DNA from: Octopus sinensis
Lineage: Eukaryota
Direction: 5' to 3'
DNA length: 64,000 nt
Assembly: GCF_006345805.1 (NCBI RefSeq)
Contig: NC_043005.1
Coordinates: forward strand, 71,238,001 to 71,302,000
The notes under the pieces: model-generated
Told to the model about the DNA's origin: nothing
The model's input: the letters and a program-made list of their open reading frames with translations, nothing else
Database searches by the model: none
Program-made: the position numbers and the translations under genes
In this document: one piece after another, positions 42,753 through 55,328 of the stretch
How positions within the stretch are numbered: position 1 is the stretch's first letter
How the letters are laid out: the number at the start of each line of letters is the position of its first letter

Positions 42753-42877
42753 ATATATATATATATATATATGCATGTATGTATGTATGTATGTATGTGT
42801 GTGTATGTATGTATGTATGTATATATATATATATATACACACACATATATTTATATATATATATATACACACACATA

Positions 42878-42912
<35 letters not shown>

Positions 42913-42919
<7 letters not shown>

Positions 42920-43142
42920 CATTAGAATCAAAATAAGCAACAAGGATATCCAGAGGTAATGCAGTACGATCGTTTCACGCAACTCCATTTAATTGAACAA
43001 TGAAAACATTACATCAATTTAAATGCAGAGCCATCCTCAGCTGCACAAAGACATAGAATTTGGTTAAATTAAAACAGATGGACACATTAGTATAATTACC
43101 TCTGGATATCCTTGTTGCTTATTTTGATTCTAATCACCTTAT
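42913..43142. mobile_element. 230-bp unit with 46-48-bp terminal inverted repeats (MITE-like) enclosing a hammerhead
   Basis: 42915-42960 versus 43095-43140: one mismatch in 46 bp. Confidence 0.85.
42960..43045 (-). ncRNA. Type I hammerhead with canonical core and extended stem II
   Basis: tgcag-CTGAGGA-(57 nt, imperfect hairpin)-GAAAC-gatc-GTA-ctgca. Confidence 0.7.
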
Positions 43143-43204
43143 TTTGAAATGGATAATACCGTACTAAGTTCTAGTGCCTCTGAATCTAAATTTTTGCTGA
43201 ACTC

Positions 43205-43248
<44 letters not shown>

Positions 43249-43656
43249 ATATATATGTATGTATGTATATATAATATGGATGAGATCCAGAGATTCTCCA
43301 TATAGTAGACAATTAGTAGTGCTCAAAAGATTTAAACTTAGATTCCAATGTCATTACAGGGACTCGTTTCCACAAGGTAAAGAAAGGCTATAAAGAGGAT
43401 CAAATTGAGCGGCTACAGAGACAATTATGTGAATATACAAATATAATATATTAGATATATGAAATACATTAAATATACTAAACATAATAGTTTGGGTATG
43501 AAATACAAAATACGTATAGATGTAAACATTCAAAAAGAAAGAAAGTAATATTTATGTTAAGGGGTCCAAATTACATAGAGTACAAAAGATAGAAAAATTT
43601 AATGGGTGGAATAAAGGTGTTATAAGTCCGACAGCTGTTTCTGGGTGCTCAGTGAT

Positions 43657-43838
43657 CTCTTTTACTTGTTTCAGTCATTTGACTGTGGCCATGCTGGAGC
43701 ACCGCCTTGAGTTGAGCAAATCGATTCCAGGACTTATTCTTTGTAAGCCTAATACTTATTCTATCAGTGTCTCTTAGTGGTCATCTAAAGCATGGAAAGC
43801 AGACGTTAAACGATGATGATGATGATGATGATGATGAT
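43657..43838. mobile_element. SINE A tail (-) abutting an RTE terminal tail (+)
   Basis: Both motifs match other copies in the window. Confidence 0.8.
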
Positions 43839-43840
43839 AC

Positions 43841-44094
43841 ATATAAGAGGGATTACCACTAAGTTGACATCCATTATGCTAGATGTCGACCCCCTATGGT
43901 CTTATCACTAAGAAAGGAATGTTCTCAAGAAAATTTAGCAAACGCCATAATGTAAGCGAGCAAGACAAAAACAAATGTAAAGATACAAAATTTTCTTGAG
44001 AACATTCCTTTCTTAGTGGTAAGACCATGGGAGGTGGGGGGGGTCAACTTCTAGCATAATGGATTTCCACTTAGTGGTCATTCCTCTTATATAT
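43841..44094. repeat. Fold-back element: ~95-105-bp imperfect inverted arms, ~50-bp spacer
   Basis: atataagagggattaccactaag...ttctcaagaaaattt mirrored by aaattttcttgagaa...cttagtggtcattcctcttatat. Confidence 0.85.
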
Positions 44095-44463
44095 ATGAAA
44101 TATAATTTTTCTGAATCTTCAGATTTTTCTATATGCTAGACCACTGGTTTTAAATTAATATTAATCAAATTAATATTCAATTTTTCACCCTTATTATTTA
44201 AAGTTTAAATTTAATATATATATATATATATATAAAACGACCTCGAACCCACAAGAGTAAACAAGGGAGACAGAGGCTGGCATAAACAAGGAAAATGCCA
44301 CTTGTATTTGAACACTATACAAATATTCTTTTAAAAAATTAAAAAAATTTTTCTAAATTTAATTGTTTTCCATACTTACAGTTGAAAAAGTCTCAATGAC
44401 TGAAACCGGTACTGAAACGTCTTTTATAAAATTATTTTAGCATTTTCTATCTTGACTTTTTTT

Positions 44464-44512
<49 letters not shown>

Positions 44513-44799
44513 CACTGACATCATTTCTTTCTACAAAGGCAAAGTTAAATTCACCAAGGCAAAGCAGGGGAGGACACACAAGATGCTGAAGTCAAGTGAA
44601 AAGTGGAGGTGGAAGAAATATTTAAGGGCTAAAAGTGATTTGTTTTGGGTGATGACTGTTCTTTGGAATAAGATTGATTGCTGTATTGTTTATGATGCGA
44701 TGAAGGAAAGAAGGTGATGAGGTCTTAAAATGTATTAATTTATCATTTAACATTGATTTTTAATATTTTAACTGAGAGCGACAGGTGAGGGAAATATCA

Positions 44800-45350
44800 T
44801 CATCGTCATCATCATCATCATCGTAGTCATCCTCATCATGTACATTCCTCTTAGAATTTTTGTGTTACATTCTATTATCATCTACTTCATCATCATTGTC
44901 GTGTTTCAGCATCATCATAACCATCATCACTGGCATGATTGTCATCATCATCATAACCATCATCATCACATCATCATCATCACCATCATCATCACCATCA
45001 TCATCACCATCATCACCATCCCCACCACCACTATCACCACCACCATCACCATCATCATCACATCATCATTATCTTTATTATCATCATCATCATCATCATC
45101 TTCATTTTCAACATCAATATCTTGTCATCATCATCATCATTGTCATCATCATCATCATCATCATCATCTTCATTGTCAACATCAATATCATAGTCATCAT
45201 CATCATCATCATTGTCATTGTCTTCATCAACACCTACATCATCACCATCGTCATCATCATCATAATCATTATCATCATCAGCAGCATTGTCCTCAACATT
45301 ACCTTCAGTATTAATATTGATTTTATTATCATTACTTTTATCATAATTAC
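44800..45350. repeat. (CAT/CAC)n microsatellite mosaic
   Basis: Directly visible. Confidence 0.95.
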
Positions 45351-45721
45351 AATCATTGAAATATCATGCATTTCCTATTTGTTATCCTTGTAAAAGGCAG
45401 GTGACAAAGTGAGCAACCAGCTGTAAGGTAACTGGTTCAAACCCAATACAGATTTACCTTTAATACTGGCTGCTGTCAGAATGCATAATTTTATATTGCT
45501 TTAATTCAATTTTCTAAATGGAAAATTATTAGAGAAATATCAGGTTTCGGTGAACTGATATAAATTTTCATCTGACCTCTTATGAAGGAATTGGTGGTGA
45601 TGTGTGAAGAGGGTACTTGGGAATAAGCTTGGGGTCTACTTGATTCATATCTTTATTACTACTACTGAAGCATTTAGCTTCTAATGGCCCAATCAACTGA
45701 GTTAACTAGGGACCATAATAT

Positions 45722-45872
45722 ATTCTCTCTCTCTTTATTTTCTCTTATTCCTTTCTGCTGAAGAGCGTAGGCTTGAAACATAAAAGACTTTTTCATTTTC
45801 TCAAGCATCAAACTAATGCACCTGCTTGTTGTTCATACCCTTGTCTTCATCTTTTGTTTTTCTATAAATTTC
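45722..45872 (+). mobile_element. Family H1 HHR-like repeat (motif 45751-45786)
   Basis: cttt-CTGCTGA-a-gagcgtaggctt-GAAAC-ATA-aaag. Confidence 0.65.
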
Positions 45873-46189
45873 AATCAAATTATAAAGCAAGCTACTACTA
45901 TTAGAAGTAACAACCACTTTACAAACACAGCAAGAGAGAAGAAAATACATGAAAGTTTTAGCTATCTATACTAAAATGTGTGTATATATTTTCCTAGTCA
46001 TTCTTATATATTCACTGTGGCTTTGCTATTGTTGTTTACCAGCAGTTCAGTGTTATTTGAGCACACACATTATTAAACAGATCAAAATATTCCAGGAGTG
46101 GCCACCTTATCTTTCTTTTTCTGATATATTATACACCAGTCAACATAATCCAATCTTTTATCTTTTACTTGAATTTTTAACCAAATGAA

Positions 46190-46474
46190 TTGGCCCCAGG
46201 ACTTACTTCTTTTTTAAGCCTGGTACTTATTCTATTAGTCTCTTTTGCTGAACGTGGTGATGGTGGCGACAAACATGGATACAGAGACACAAATATAGAT
46301 AAAGATATATATATACATACAACCGGTTTCTTTCTACCAAATCTACTCTGAAGGTTTTGGTTGGCCAGGGATATAGTAAAAGACACTTGCCCAAGTTGCT
46401 ACACAGTGGGACTGAAGCCAGAACCATGTGGTTGAGAAGCAAGCTTCATACCACACAGCCACGCCTACACCTAT
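46190..46474 (-). mobile_element. SINE family A, internally deleted
   Basis: Head and part of the tail recognisable. Confidence 0.8.
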
Positions 46475-47158
46475 GCGTATTTCATTTTTCTAATGTTATA
46501 AGTTATCGTTTGAGGAGCATTTGGGTGCTATTTCCAGCGAGTTTAACAACCACATATAAGCTCTCTTCTGTCGTTTATTAACAATAAGAAATGAGTGAAA
46601 TAATTTTGGTGAGTTCAAAAATTTTTTTCAAAACCCTTTTGTCAACAAAATTCTTTTCTTAGAATGGATGACAAATTTAGATGTATAAGATATGTGAGGC
46701 TCTACTGTAGTGCATTAAAATTATTGAATAGACAAGATCTTTGGACCCTAAATAGAACTGAGTTAAATATAGCATATTTTAGATGAAACATTAACTGAAT
46801 GCAAAGTCAGAATACAGGAAGCAGAGAGAGAGGAACTGAACATTAAAGGTTTTTTTTTATTCAAGGAAATGTGGTTGCACTGTTACAGCCCAGTGGATGC
46901 TATGTGCTGGACAGGAAAGTCCTTTGTGCATGAAGCGAATATGGGATTTGTAGTACAAGATGACCATGGAGAGCATAGAAAGGTGCATTGCAGTGAAAAA
47001 CTAAGAATGTTGAGCATTAATGCTTAGCTGTTATACCACAACCTCAACTAACATAATATTAGAGTGAAATATAGACCTTATGAAAATGATATTAATGATG
47101 AAATGTGGTCACACACATACACACAGATATATCTAGATATCAGTTTACATATCTATCA

Positions 47159-47251
<93 letters not shown>

Positions 47252-47426
47252 ATTCTCTACCTATCTGTCTGTCCATCTCTCTCTCTCTCTCTTTCTATAT
47301 ATATATATATATTATATATATATATATATAATATATATAGTGATTGATTGATAGAAATGGTAAGACAACAAAAGAATGAAAGAGACCTCGATATTATGTA
47401 AATAGAAGAATTTATCTGTAAATATG

Positions 47427-47609
47427 ATATTCGGTAGCCATGATAAAACTCCATGGTTTAGATGTCGGGGTGGAAACCCATGCCGCCATCTCTTCAGTTA
47501 TCTGGCCATCAAAAAAAATGCCATGGAAAAACGTTTAACTGAAGAGATGGCAGCATTGGTTTCTGACCCGACATCCGAAACTCAGAGTTTAATCATGGCT
47601 ACAAAATAT
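47427..47609. repeat. Fold-back with ~74-bp arms, each containing a hammerhead-like motif
   Basis: Arms ~47427-47500 and ~47536-47609; HHR-like motifs 47442-47502 (-) and 47533-47594 (+). Confidence 0.8.
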
Positions 47610-47620
47610 TTGTCCCGTAT

Positions 47621-47657
<37 letters not shown>

Positions 47658-47663
47658 GAATAT

Positions 47664-47698
<35 letters not shown>

Positions 47699-49499
47699 AG
47701 GAATTTTGTTTGAGTGGTTGATCTATGAAACCAAATAGCTGAACTTAGAAATATAATATAATTACTTCATAATATCCTCTTCACACAAAAACATTAGAAA
47801 TACTATTTATTTTGTAAACAACATCATTAATCAGCAAACTTACAATTAATGATTAGGGCTAACAGCATGCAGTACAGATTGTAAATGATACACGAATACA
47901 GGAAGAGACTGAAGTTTTCTCCCTTAGATTACAGAATTTATAACTTCTTTTAAAAGAAATGTAAACTGGGTGGTATGATTCACACGGTTTCAGACGAACA
48001 GTTTAATTACTATGTAATAATGAATCTAAGTTAAACAAATATTGTTATTTCCTTTTTAAAAGTTACACTTATAATGCTGTTCAGCAATTGACCATCTTTT
48101 ACCCCAGTACTAATCTATGCCAAACTTCTTTATACTGCCCCTTGTCTTTATAGAAGCCCTTTATTTTTCGGGAAAATTCTTACTCAAATTTAAAACTATA
48201 CAAGCCACTGGGATCACCTTACTGCCAACCAACTCCTTAATTGAATACATAAATAAAAATGAACACAGATTGTTGCTTGGTCAGGGAACTGTTTTTTCTC
48301 ATAATTCTGATAATTTTGGCACAAAGCCGACTGTTTTGAGGGATGGGGCAAGCTGGCTACATCAACCCCAATGCTCAGCCGATGTATATTTTATCAACCA
48401 TGGAAGGATGAAAATCAAAGTCAACCTCAGCTGAACTTGAACCCAAAACATACGAAGTCAAAAGAAGTGCTGCTAAGAATTTTTGCGTGACATGCTAAAG
48501 AGTCTCCCAGTTCATTTTACCACATATAATGAATATGTTGCAATAACCTGATGGCATCTACTTCTGCAGCACTCCTGTTGGTGCAATAAAATACTTCTTT
48601 TAAGTTTATAACTGAACTAAGTTTACAACCTAAATGAATTTACTATAACAGTAACCTCTTCTGGCCTAGCAACAACTATACCAGTGGTTCCCAACCTTCT
48701 CACTCTCAGCACTGGATTACCTAACCCATTAAGCAAAATAAGTAAGTGCTTAGGGCATCAAGGAGCAGGTGCACCACAGAAATGAAAATGGTTTACTGCA
48801 CTAAAGAAATCAATTTAGACTTGCTAAAATAATATTCATAATGACTTATCTCTACTAAGCATAGAAGCAGAAGTTTTAGGTAAAATCAATTTTAATGATA
48901 TCATTGAACACTTTGCAATTAATTAAAAAAAGGAGAAATTCTTTTCAGATGTAAACAGAAGTGGAAGCATAAAAAAAAATAAACATTATTTTCCATCTTA
49001 CTGGGAATTTTATTTCCTTTTGAAATATAAAAATTTATTTTATGGTTTATTAATATTTAGATTTTGAATTATTTTTGTTTACATTTTGAACCATTTAAAT
49101 ATACTTGAGGGCACCAAAACCTTTTTTTAGTGCTTAGGGCCTCTATGGGTCTTGACCCAGCCCTGCTCACAGTGTTTCCCAACACTTTTATTAAATGAGT
49201 TTTCCCACAGACCCCTTTTAATATGCTTATCCTTATGTGTGTGTGTATTTATATATATATATAAAGTAATAAATAATGTGGACAAAAGCATATAATTTGA
49301 TTAGTGTATTTAAATGCTGAGTAGAGCACCGGCTTTTATTCATTCCCAAATATTTGATGGACATGTAACAACAAGGCAGCCAACACTAAAAATCTCTAAT
49401 GAGACTTCTTTATCAATGTACCTGAAGAGACCCAGACTGGTGGGTTGAAACATATATTGTACCTAATAAAAGTTTACAACAACCAACAGAAGCTAGACG

Positions 49500-49858
49500 A
49501 TGGAGGAGGAGGAGGAGGAGGAGGAGGAGAAGAAGAAGAAGAAGGGGTGGATGGGGAAGGGAAGGAGAAGAGGGGACAAGGAAGAGAAGAAAGAGGAGGG
49601 GAGGCCAGAGGAGAAGGAGGAAGGGATATGAGGTAAAGAAGGAGGGGGAGGGGAGAGATGAGGAGGAGGAAAGGAAGGGTGGGATGGTGATGATGATAAA
49701 GAGGAGGAGGAGGGGGAAGGAGAGAGAAGGAAGAGAAGAGAGGAGGAGGAGGAGCAGATGGTGTGGGATGGTGATGATGATAAGGAGGAGGAGGAGGAGA
49801 AGGAAGAAGAGGGGGAGGAGAAGGAAAGAAGAAGAAGGAGAAGAAGAAGAAGAAGAAT
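49500..49858. repeat. Purine-rich (GGA/GAA) low-complexity tract with internal duplication
   Basis: Directly visible; gggatggtgatgatgata occurs twice. Confidence 0.9.
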
Positions 49859-50128
49859 CTATAGATTTAGAGCTAAAAGAGTTAATACAAATTTTGATTT
49901 GAAATTCACTGTTACCTGTGCATAACATTTAATATTTTTCGTTAAATAATTTAGCTGTTAATTTATATATTCATATATTTAGATTTATTCTCAATAATCA
50001 TAATTTTATTACATAAACAAATTTGTCTAATGAAAAACACACAATTTACAAAAATACACAGTAAGAAAATGGCAAAAAGAAAAGGAAAGCAAACATAACA
50101 AAACAAAAACAGAAATTATTAAACAGAT

Positions 50129-50533
50129 TAGGCTTAGGAGTGGCTGTGTCATAAGTAGCTTGCTTAACAACCACATGGTTCTGGGTTCAGTCCCACTGCA
50201 CAGGACCTTGGGCAAGTGTCTTCTACTATAGCTTTGGACCAACCAAAGCTTTGTCAGTGGATTTGGTAGATGGAAACTGAAAGAAGCCTATTGTATATAA
50301 GTATATATATATGTGTGTGTATGTATATGTTTGTGTTTCTGTGTTTGTCTCCCCAACATAGCTTCACAACAGATGGTGGTGTGTTTACATCCCCGTAACT
50401 TTGCGGTTCGGCAAAAGAGACTGATAGAATTAAGTACTAGGCTTACAAAGAATAAGTCCTGGGGTCAATTTGCTAGGCTAAAGGTGGTGCTCCAGCATGG
50501 CCGCAGTCAAATGACTGAAACAAGTAAAAGAGA
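50129..50533 (+). mobile_element. SINE family A
   Basis: Full head to tail. Confidence 0.9.
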
Positions 50534-50584
50534 TTCAGCTTCGAGAAATTCTATCTCACCCTTGCAAGCATGGAAAAATGAACT

Positions 50585-50735
50585 CTAAAATAATGATGAT
50601 GATGGTGGTAGTGGTGGTGGTGTTGGTGGTGGTGGTGGTGGTGGTGATGGTGGTAGTAGTGGGGGTGGGGGTGATACTGATGATGATAATAGAAGTGTTG
50701 ATGTTGTTACTGTTTCTGTTGTTGCTGCTGTTGTT

Positions 50736-50784
<49 letters not shown>

Positions 50785-50800
50785 TTGTTAGTGGTGGAAG
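50585..50800. repeat. (GTG/GTT/GCT)n microsatellite mosaic
   Basis: Directly visible. Confidence 0.95.
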
Positions 50801-51138
50801 CTTGACAGTTGTTCTGATCAACCCAATTCTGATCTATATAAGCTGTAAGTTGCTGTCGCTATATAAATACTATCAGACTCATTACATTGATTTGCCTGGC
50901 AGTGGTGGGGGGGGGGGGGGCTTCCATAACTCTGCTAAGATGTCCCTGGGTAGTGGCGATGAGGACGATAACACTAATGGAGATAATTTTCCTCAAATTA
51001 TACATCAAAATAAGAGACATGAGACTTCATAATATAACCATAGGTAATCATGAGACTGAGAGGTTGAGACAGTCAAGTGTCCTCATAAGGACCATCTCAT
51101 TTGAAAACCAGAAACAATGAGTAATAAATCTCACTATA

Positions 51139-51291
51139 CAGTTCTTTTTTATTTTTAAGAGATGAGGAATTATGTACATTATTTACATTATTTACATTTG
51201 GTGGATATTTGTCCTCATCTTGTTTGTTGTTATCAGGTGTCTTGGGGTAATTTCAAACCTGGGTTCTCATTCCTAAGGTATTTTTCAATGT

Positions 51292-51293
<2 letters not shown>
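51139..51293 (-). mobile_element. Family H2 copy lacking the hammerhead centre
   Basis: Reverse complement of 41378-41553 minus 36 nt at junction 51232/51233. Confidence 0.8.
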
Positions 51294-51353
<60 letters not shown>

Positions 51354-51376
51354 TTATTATTATTATTATTATTATT

Positions 51377-51573
51377 ATTCAATAGTTTTATTTTCATAAC
51401 GTGCTTTCACTTCACTACCGAGCGCAGCTCTGTGTGCCTTGGGTATGTGCTGTGATTTGTTGTGATGCTCTGATTGTTACTGCTTTGAAAGTGTTCTGCG
51501 TAGGATGTGTGCAGTGCCTAGTAGTACAATTTTCTGTATGTTATATGTGTTTGTAAGTCCTGGTGTTATTATA
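51377..51573 (-). mobile_element. Fourth Dong/R4-type 3' end
   Basis: ITPGLTNTYNIQKIVLLGTAHILRRTLSKQ*, then 3' UTR and (AAT)n. Confidence 0.8.
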
Positions 51574-51578
51574 TTATT

Positions 51579-53340
51579 ACTAGCATTATGACCCATCGTT
51601 GCCGGGTCATAGTGCTAGTGCATGTATATATGTGTATATATATGTGTACATATTACATGTACGTCTGTATATATACATCTACACATAAAATACAAAATAC
51701 AAAGTTATATCTTGATATCACTAGTGATAACAATACTCAAAATATATAACAGACTGAAATTGTAGGCCCATCTCTTGCAATTTCGATCAATTGTATCTTT
51801 TCCTCCCTAAGTGTGGCTACAATCCAGGCTACCTCTACTTCTGGGGGGACATTTCAAATTTTTATCTGGGACGTAGTACGTCCCAGATACAAAGGTAAAA
51901 ATAAAATATTTCCACTTTGCAAGGTTCGAGTTGAATACTCCCTTGCACGCTCCGTTGACTCAAACCTTGCTTCTATGGTGACGACGAATTTACCGCCTCT
52001 GGTTAGATACTTGATATCTTTCATAGTCGCACCAAGACACTTTTCGATGGTGCTTTCCTCCAGGTGTTAAAATCTTTTTTTCTCTCTACATTGTATACTT
52101 TATAGACAATAGTCTTTTCTTTAATTTAATTTTTTATTTCGTTTGGTGGTGTTATCCTAGATTCCCCGTCTTTGTCGATGATCAATCCAAAATAGGTTTG
52201 TATTTCTTCCATTTTAATTTCAATGAGTTTGCGCCCACCGACGGCTGCAGCGAAATTCATTTTTAGACTTTCTTCTATTGAAGGCATTCTAACAAAAATG
52301 CTTCTGTATAAACGGTGAAAATATTGTCAATTTCTCCAAACAGGGACACAATTCAATTTTTAAACAATAACCAAAACTCTTTCTCCCAAAGGGGGAGTGT
52401 TACAGTTTACAACTATTTAACAAATGCAAAACAATAACATTTCCCTTACGAGGAACCAACAAACATGATAACAATAGTTAAACAGTAATAATAATAACAA
52501 CAACCCTTACAGTGAATCAAAAAGCAGTACGTAGTTGAAGCTATAGTCCTTTATTTATAAGAAATAAACCAACAGCAGTACTCAGTAGAAGCGACTGTTC
52601 GACAAAACAGACATTACATACAGCCAAACTTCATATAGATACTTAATGCTAGCTAATTAGCAGATAATCTAATGTAAAAGCCATGGTAAACGGTATGTGC
52701 ACAGCTCCATCTGGACTATTCCATTTCTGCACTTAAATTTTATTTTTTATTTATTCCCATTCATGTGAAACCACTTATTCAAGTTCAAGTCATTGGTGCA
52801 ATTTTATACCAATTGCTATTTTTACTTTTGTTATGTTACGATTATATTATACTTTAGTTTGATTTTAATTATTATTTACGACATATAATTCAATTGTTAT
52901 TATTATCTCTAATTTCTATTGTTAAAGTGAAAGTATCTGACATAGAATAGAGAATAGTTTTTGTCTCACATTTAACACATAATACTGAAATAGTGGAGAA
53001 GATATGATATTGCTATGGGCGCCCCCTAGGCAAGAAGTTGAACATTTTTTTTGCCCATAAAACTATATGGACCTTAAGTAAGGCATGTGTAAAATTTGAA
53101 TGAAATTGGTTGTGTACTTCTCAAGTTTTAGGGAATCGTAGTGGAGAAGATATGATATTGCCGTGGGCTCGCCCTAGGCAAAAAGTTAAACATTTTTTTT
53201 GCCGATGACACTTCCCGGACCCTAAGTAAGGCATGTGTAAATTTTGAATGAAATTGGTTGAGTACTTCTCAAGTTTTAGGGAAACACACAGACAGATAGA
53301 CAGACAAACACACATTCTCAGTTTTATATATATAAAGATT
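51579..53340. mobile_element. Putative non-autonomous Helentron/HINE-like element
   Basis: 5' hairpin actagcattatgaccc-9nt-gggtcatagtgctagt; two 148-bp tandem units (52991-53284); cagacagata microsatellite and tatatata(a)agat end. That both ends belong to one element is inferred. Confidence 0.5.
51740..52330 (-). pseudogene. Possible LINE ORF1 (RRM-like) N-terminal remnant
   Basis: LEESTIEKCLGATMKDIKYLTRGGKFVVTIEARF...LPLYLGRTTSQIKI*NVPPEVEVAWIVATL; resemblance to L1/Tx1 ORF1 is from memory only. Confidence 0.35.
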
Positions 53341-53726
53341 TTGATTGTTAATTGTTTAAATCACTTTCCATTGCTTTCGGGTTTTTTTACACAAGTAACA
53401 ATTAAATTAATTTAACAATTAAAAAAAAAAAATTAGGGTTAGGGTTAGTTACAGGATGTTGTCTCAGTTTTAGACACAGCTAATGTTGTTTACCTAAATG
53501 GAGGTAATCGATTGGTTAAAATTGCCAAAATACTCGGATTTTCAGACGAAATATCTTACAACATATAGAATTTTCTCAATAAAGCCAAGAAAAAATGATG
53601 TTTTATAAACACATTCTACCAGTATACGAAGTTTTAAAGTGTTTAGTTAACTAGAAATTGTGTTGAAATCTGACTATCAAAAGGAAAAAATCTATTATTG
53701 TTATTATTATTACTATTATTATTATT

Positions 53727-53841
53727 GTTCAGGTCACTGCTTGGAATTGAACTCGGAATCTTAGAGTTAGTAGCCCACGCTCTTAACCACATAGCCCACG
53801 GGCATATGGTATAGTGGCTAAGAGCGTGGGCTACTAACCCC
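53727..53841. repeat. tRNA-like SINE head with inverted partial duplicate
   Basis: 25-bp arms 53766-53790 and 53814-53838, one mismatch; A box tagtggttaag and B box gagttcaattcc on the minus strand. Confidence 0.7.
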
Positions 53842-53844
53842 AAT

Positions 53845-53975
53845 ATTTTTTTAGCCGATGACACTTCCCAGACCCTAAGTAAGGCATGTGTAAAATTTGA
53901 ATGAAATTGGTGATGTACTTCTCAAGTTTTAGGGAAACACACAGACAGACACACATTCTCGATTTTATAGATAGA
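53845..53975. mobile_element. Third copy of the HINE-like 3' unit
   Basis: Matches 53195-53340. Confidence 0.8.
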
Positions 53976-54008
53976 GAGATCATTATTATTATTAATAAGA
54001 TAGAGAGA

Positions 54009-54077
<69 letters not shown>

Positions 54078-54260
54078 TTATTATCATTCAGGTTACTACC
54101 TGGAATTGATTGTAGAACATGGATCTTGTATTAGACCTACGAACCATCAGTCTGGGTCTCTGCCAGGAATTGAACTCAGAATCTTATCTTTATACTGTGT
54201 ACATTAAATGATATTTATCTCTCACTGAAACATTTTGCAAATTTGCAGACAATATCTGTC

Positions 54261-54493
54261 AAGGTAGTGAGCTGGCAGAAATGCTAGCATGCTGGGCGAA
54301 ATGCTTAACAGTATTTCATCCATCTTTACATTCTGCTGTTACATTCTGAGTTCAAATTCCGCCGAGGTCGACTTTGCCTTTCATCCTTTTGGGGTCGATA
54401 AATTAAGTACCAGTTGCGTACTGGGGTCGGTCTAATTGACTGTCCCCCCACTAAAAAAAATTTTCAGGCATGGCACTTACAGTAGAAAATAAT
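54261..54493 (+). mobile_element. SINE family B, short-tail subfamily
   Basis: Head, core and tail recognisable. Confidence 0.85.
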
Positions 54494-54703
54494 ATTTTCC
54501 TGTCATTACATTGAATGATCTAGCATACATCTACGTGTATATATATGTTCGTGCGTATAGATGAAAGCATTCAGGATTATACTTATATAACAGCATTGCA
54601 ATGGTGTAGTCATATGCAAATATATTTAGGTGTATAGGTAAGCATGTGTACGTATGTGTAGTAAATATATCTATACATTGTGTATTTGTTGTATGTATAC
54701 AAT

Positions 54704-54905
54704 CTGTGCAGGTGGCACGTAAAAAGCACCCACTACACTCACGGAGTGGTTGGCGTTAGGAAGGGCATCCAGCTGTAGAAACATTGCCAGATTAGACTGG
54801 AGCCTGGTGCAGCCTTCTGGCTTCCCAGAACCCTGGTCGAACCGTCCAACCCATGCTAGCATGGAGAACGGACGTTAAACGATGATGATGATGATGATGA
54901 TGATA
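54704..54905 (+). mobile_element. RTE 3' tail, nearly identical to the end of the 35583-38948 copy
   Basis: About 2 differences seen over ~190 bp. Confidence 0.92.
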
Positions 54906-55297
54906 CCTAGGAATGTATGTGCATATGTGTGTAAATTTTCAATCAGTTATATTTACAACTATAATAAGAATAATTTTCTTGTGATTGCCGACATAATTTC
55001 TGTTCAAACATTCTTTCTGGCTCGTCTTATTAAATATATTAAATGTTTATTTCCACTAAATTAATTATGGCATCTCACATTTAATTTACTGTTCAATAGC
55101 TTCAGTAGAGAGTGGATTTTGTTTACATTCTGTTTCAAATTACTGCTTATGTAGACAGACAACCCATCTGATATTATCAAATGCAGCCGAGAAAAAAACA
55201 CACCAGATATCCATAAAATACTTGTAATATTTCATAATATGCACCCAGTGTCCCATACTTCATTTATGTATATGAAAATACAAGTGTATGTATTTTC

Positions 55298-55328
<31 letters not shown>

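Noticed and set aside
48681-49185. hAT-type MITE ends (cagtggttcccaacc; cagccctg)
   Set aside because: No matching TIR pair or TSD could be established.
52991-53284. CRISPR-like or regularly spaced array
   Set aside because: Simple two-unit tandem repeat without unique spacers; no CRISPR array anywhere in the window.
53433-53448. Telomeric TTAGGG repeat
   Set aside because: Only about 2.5 units, inside repeat-derived sequence.
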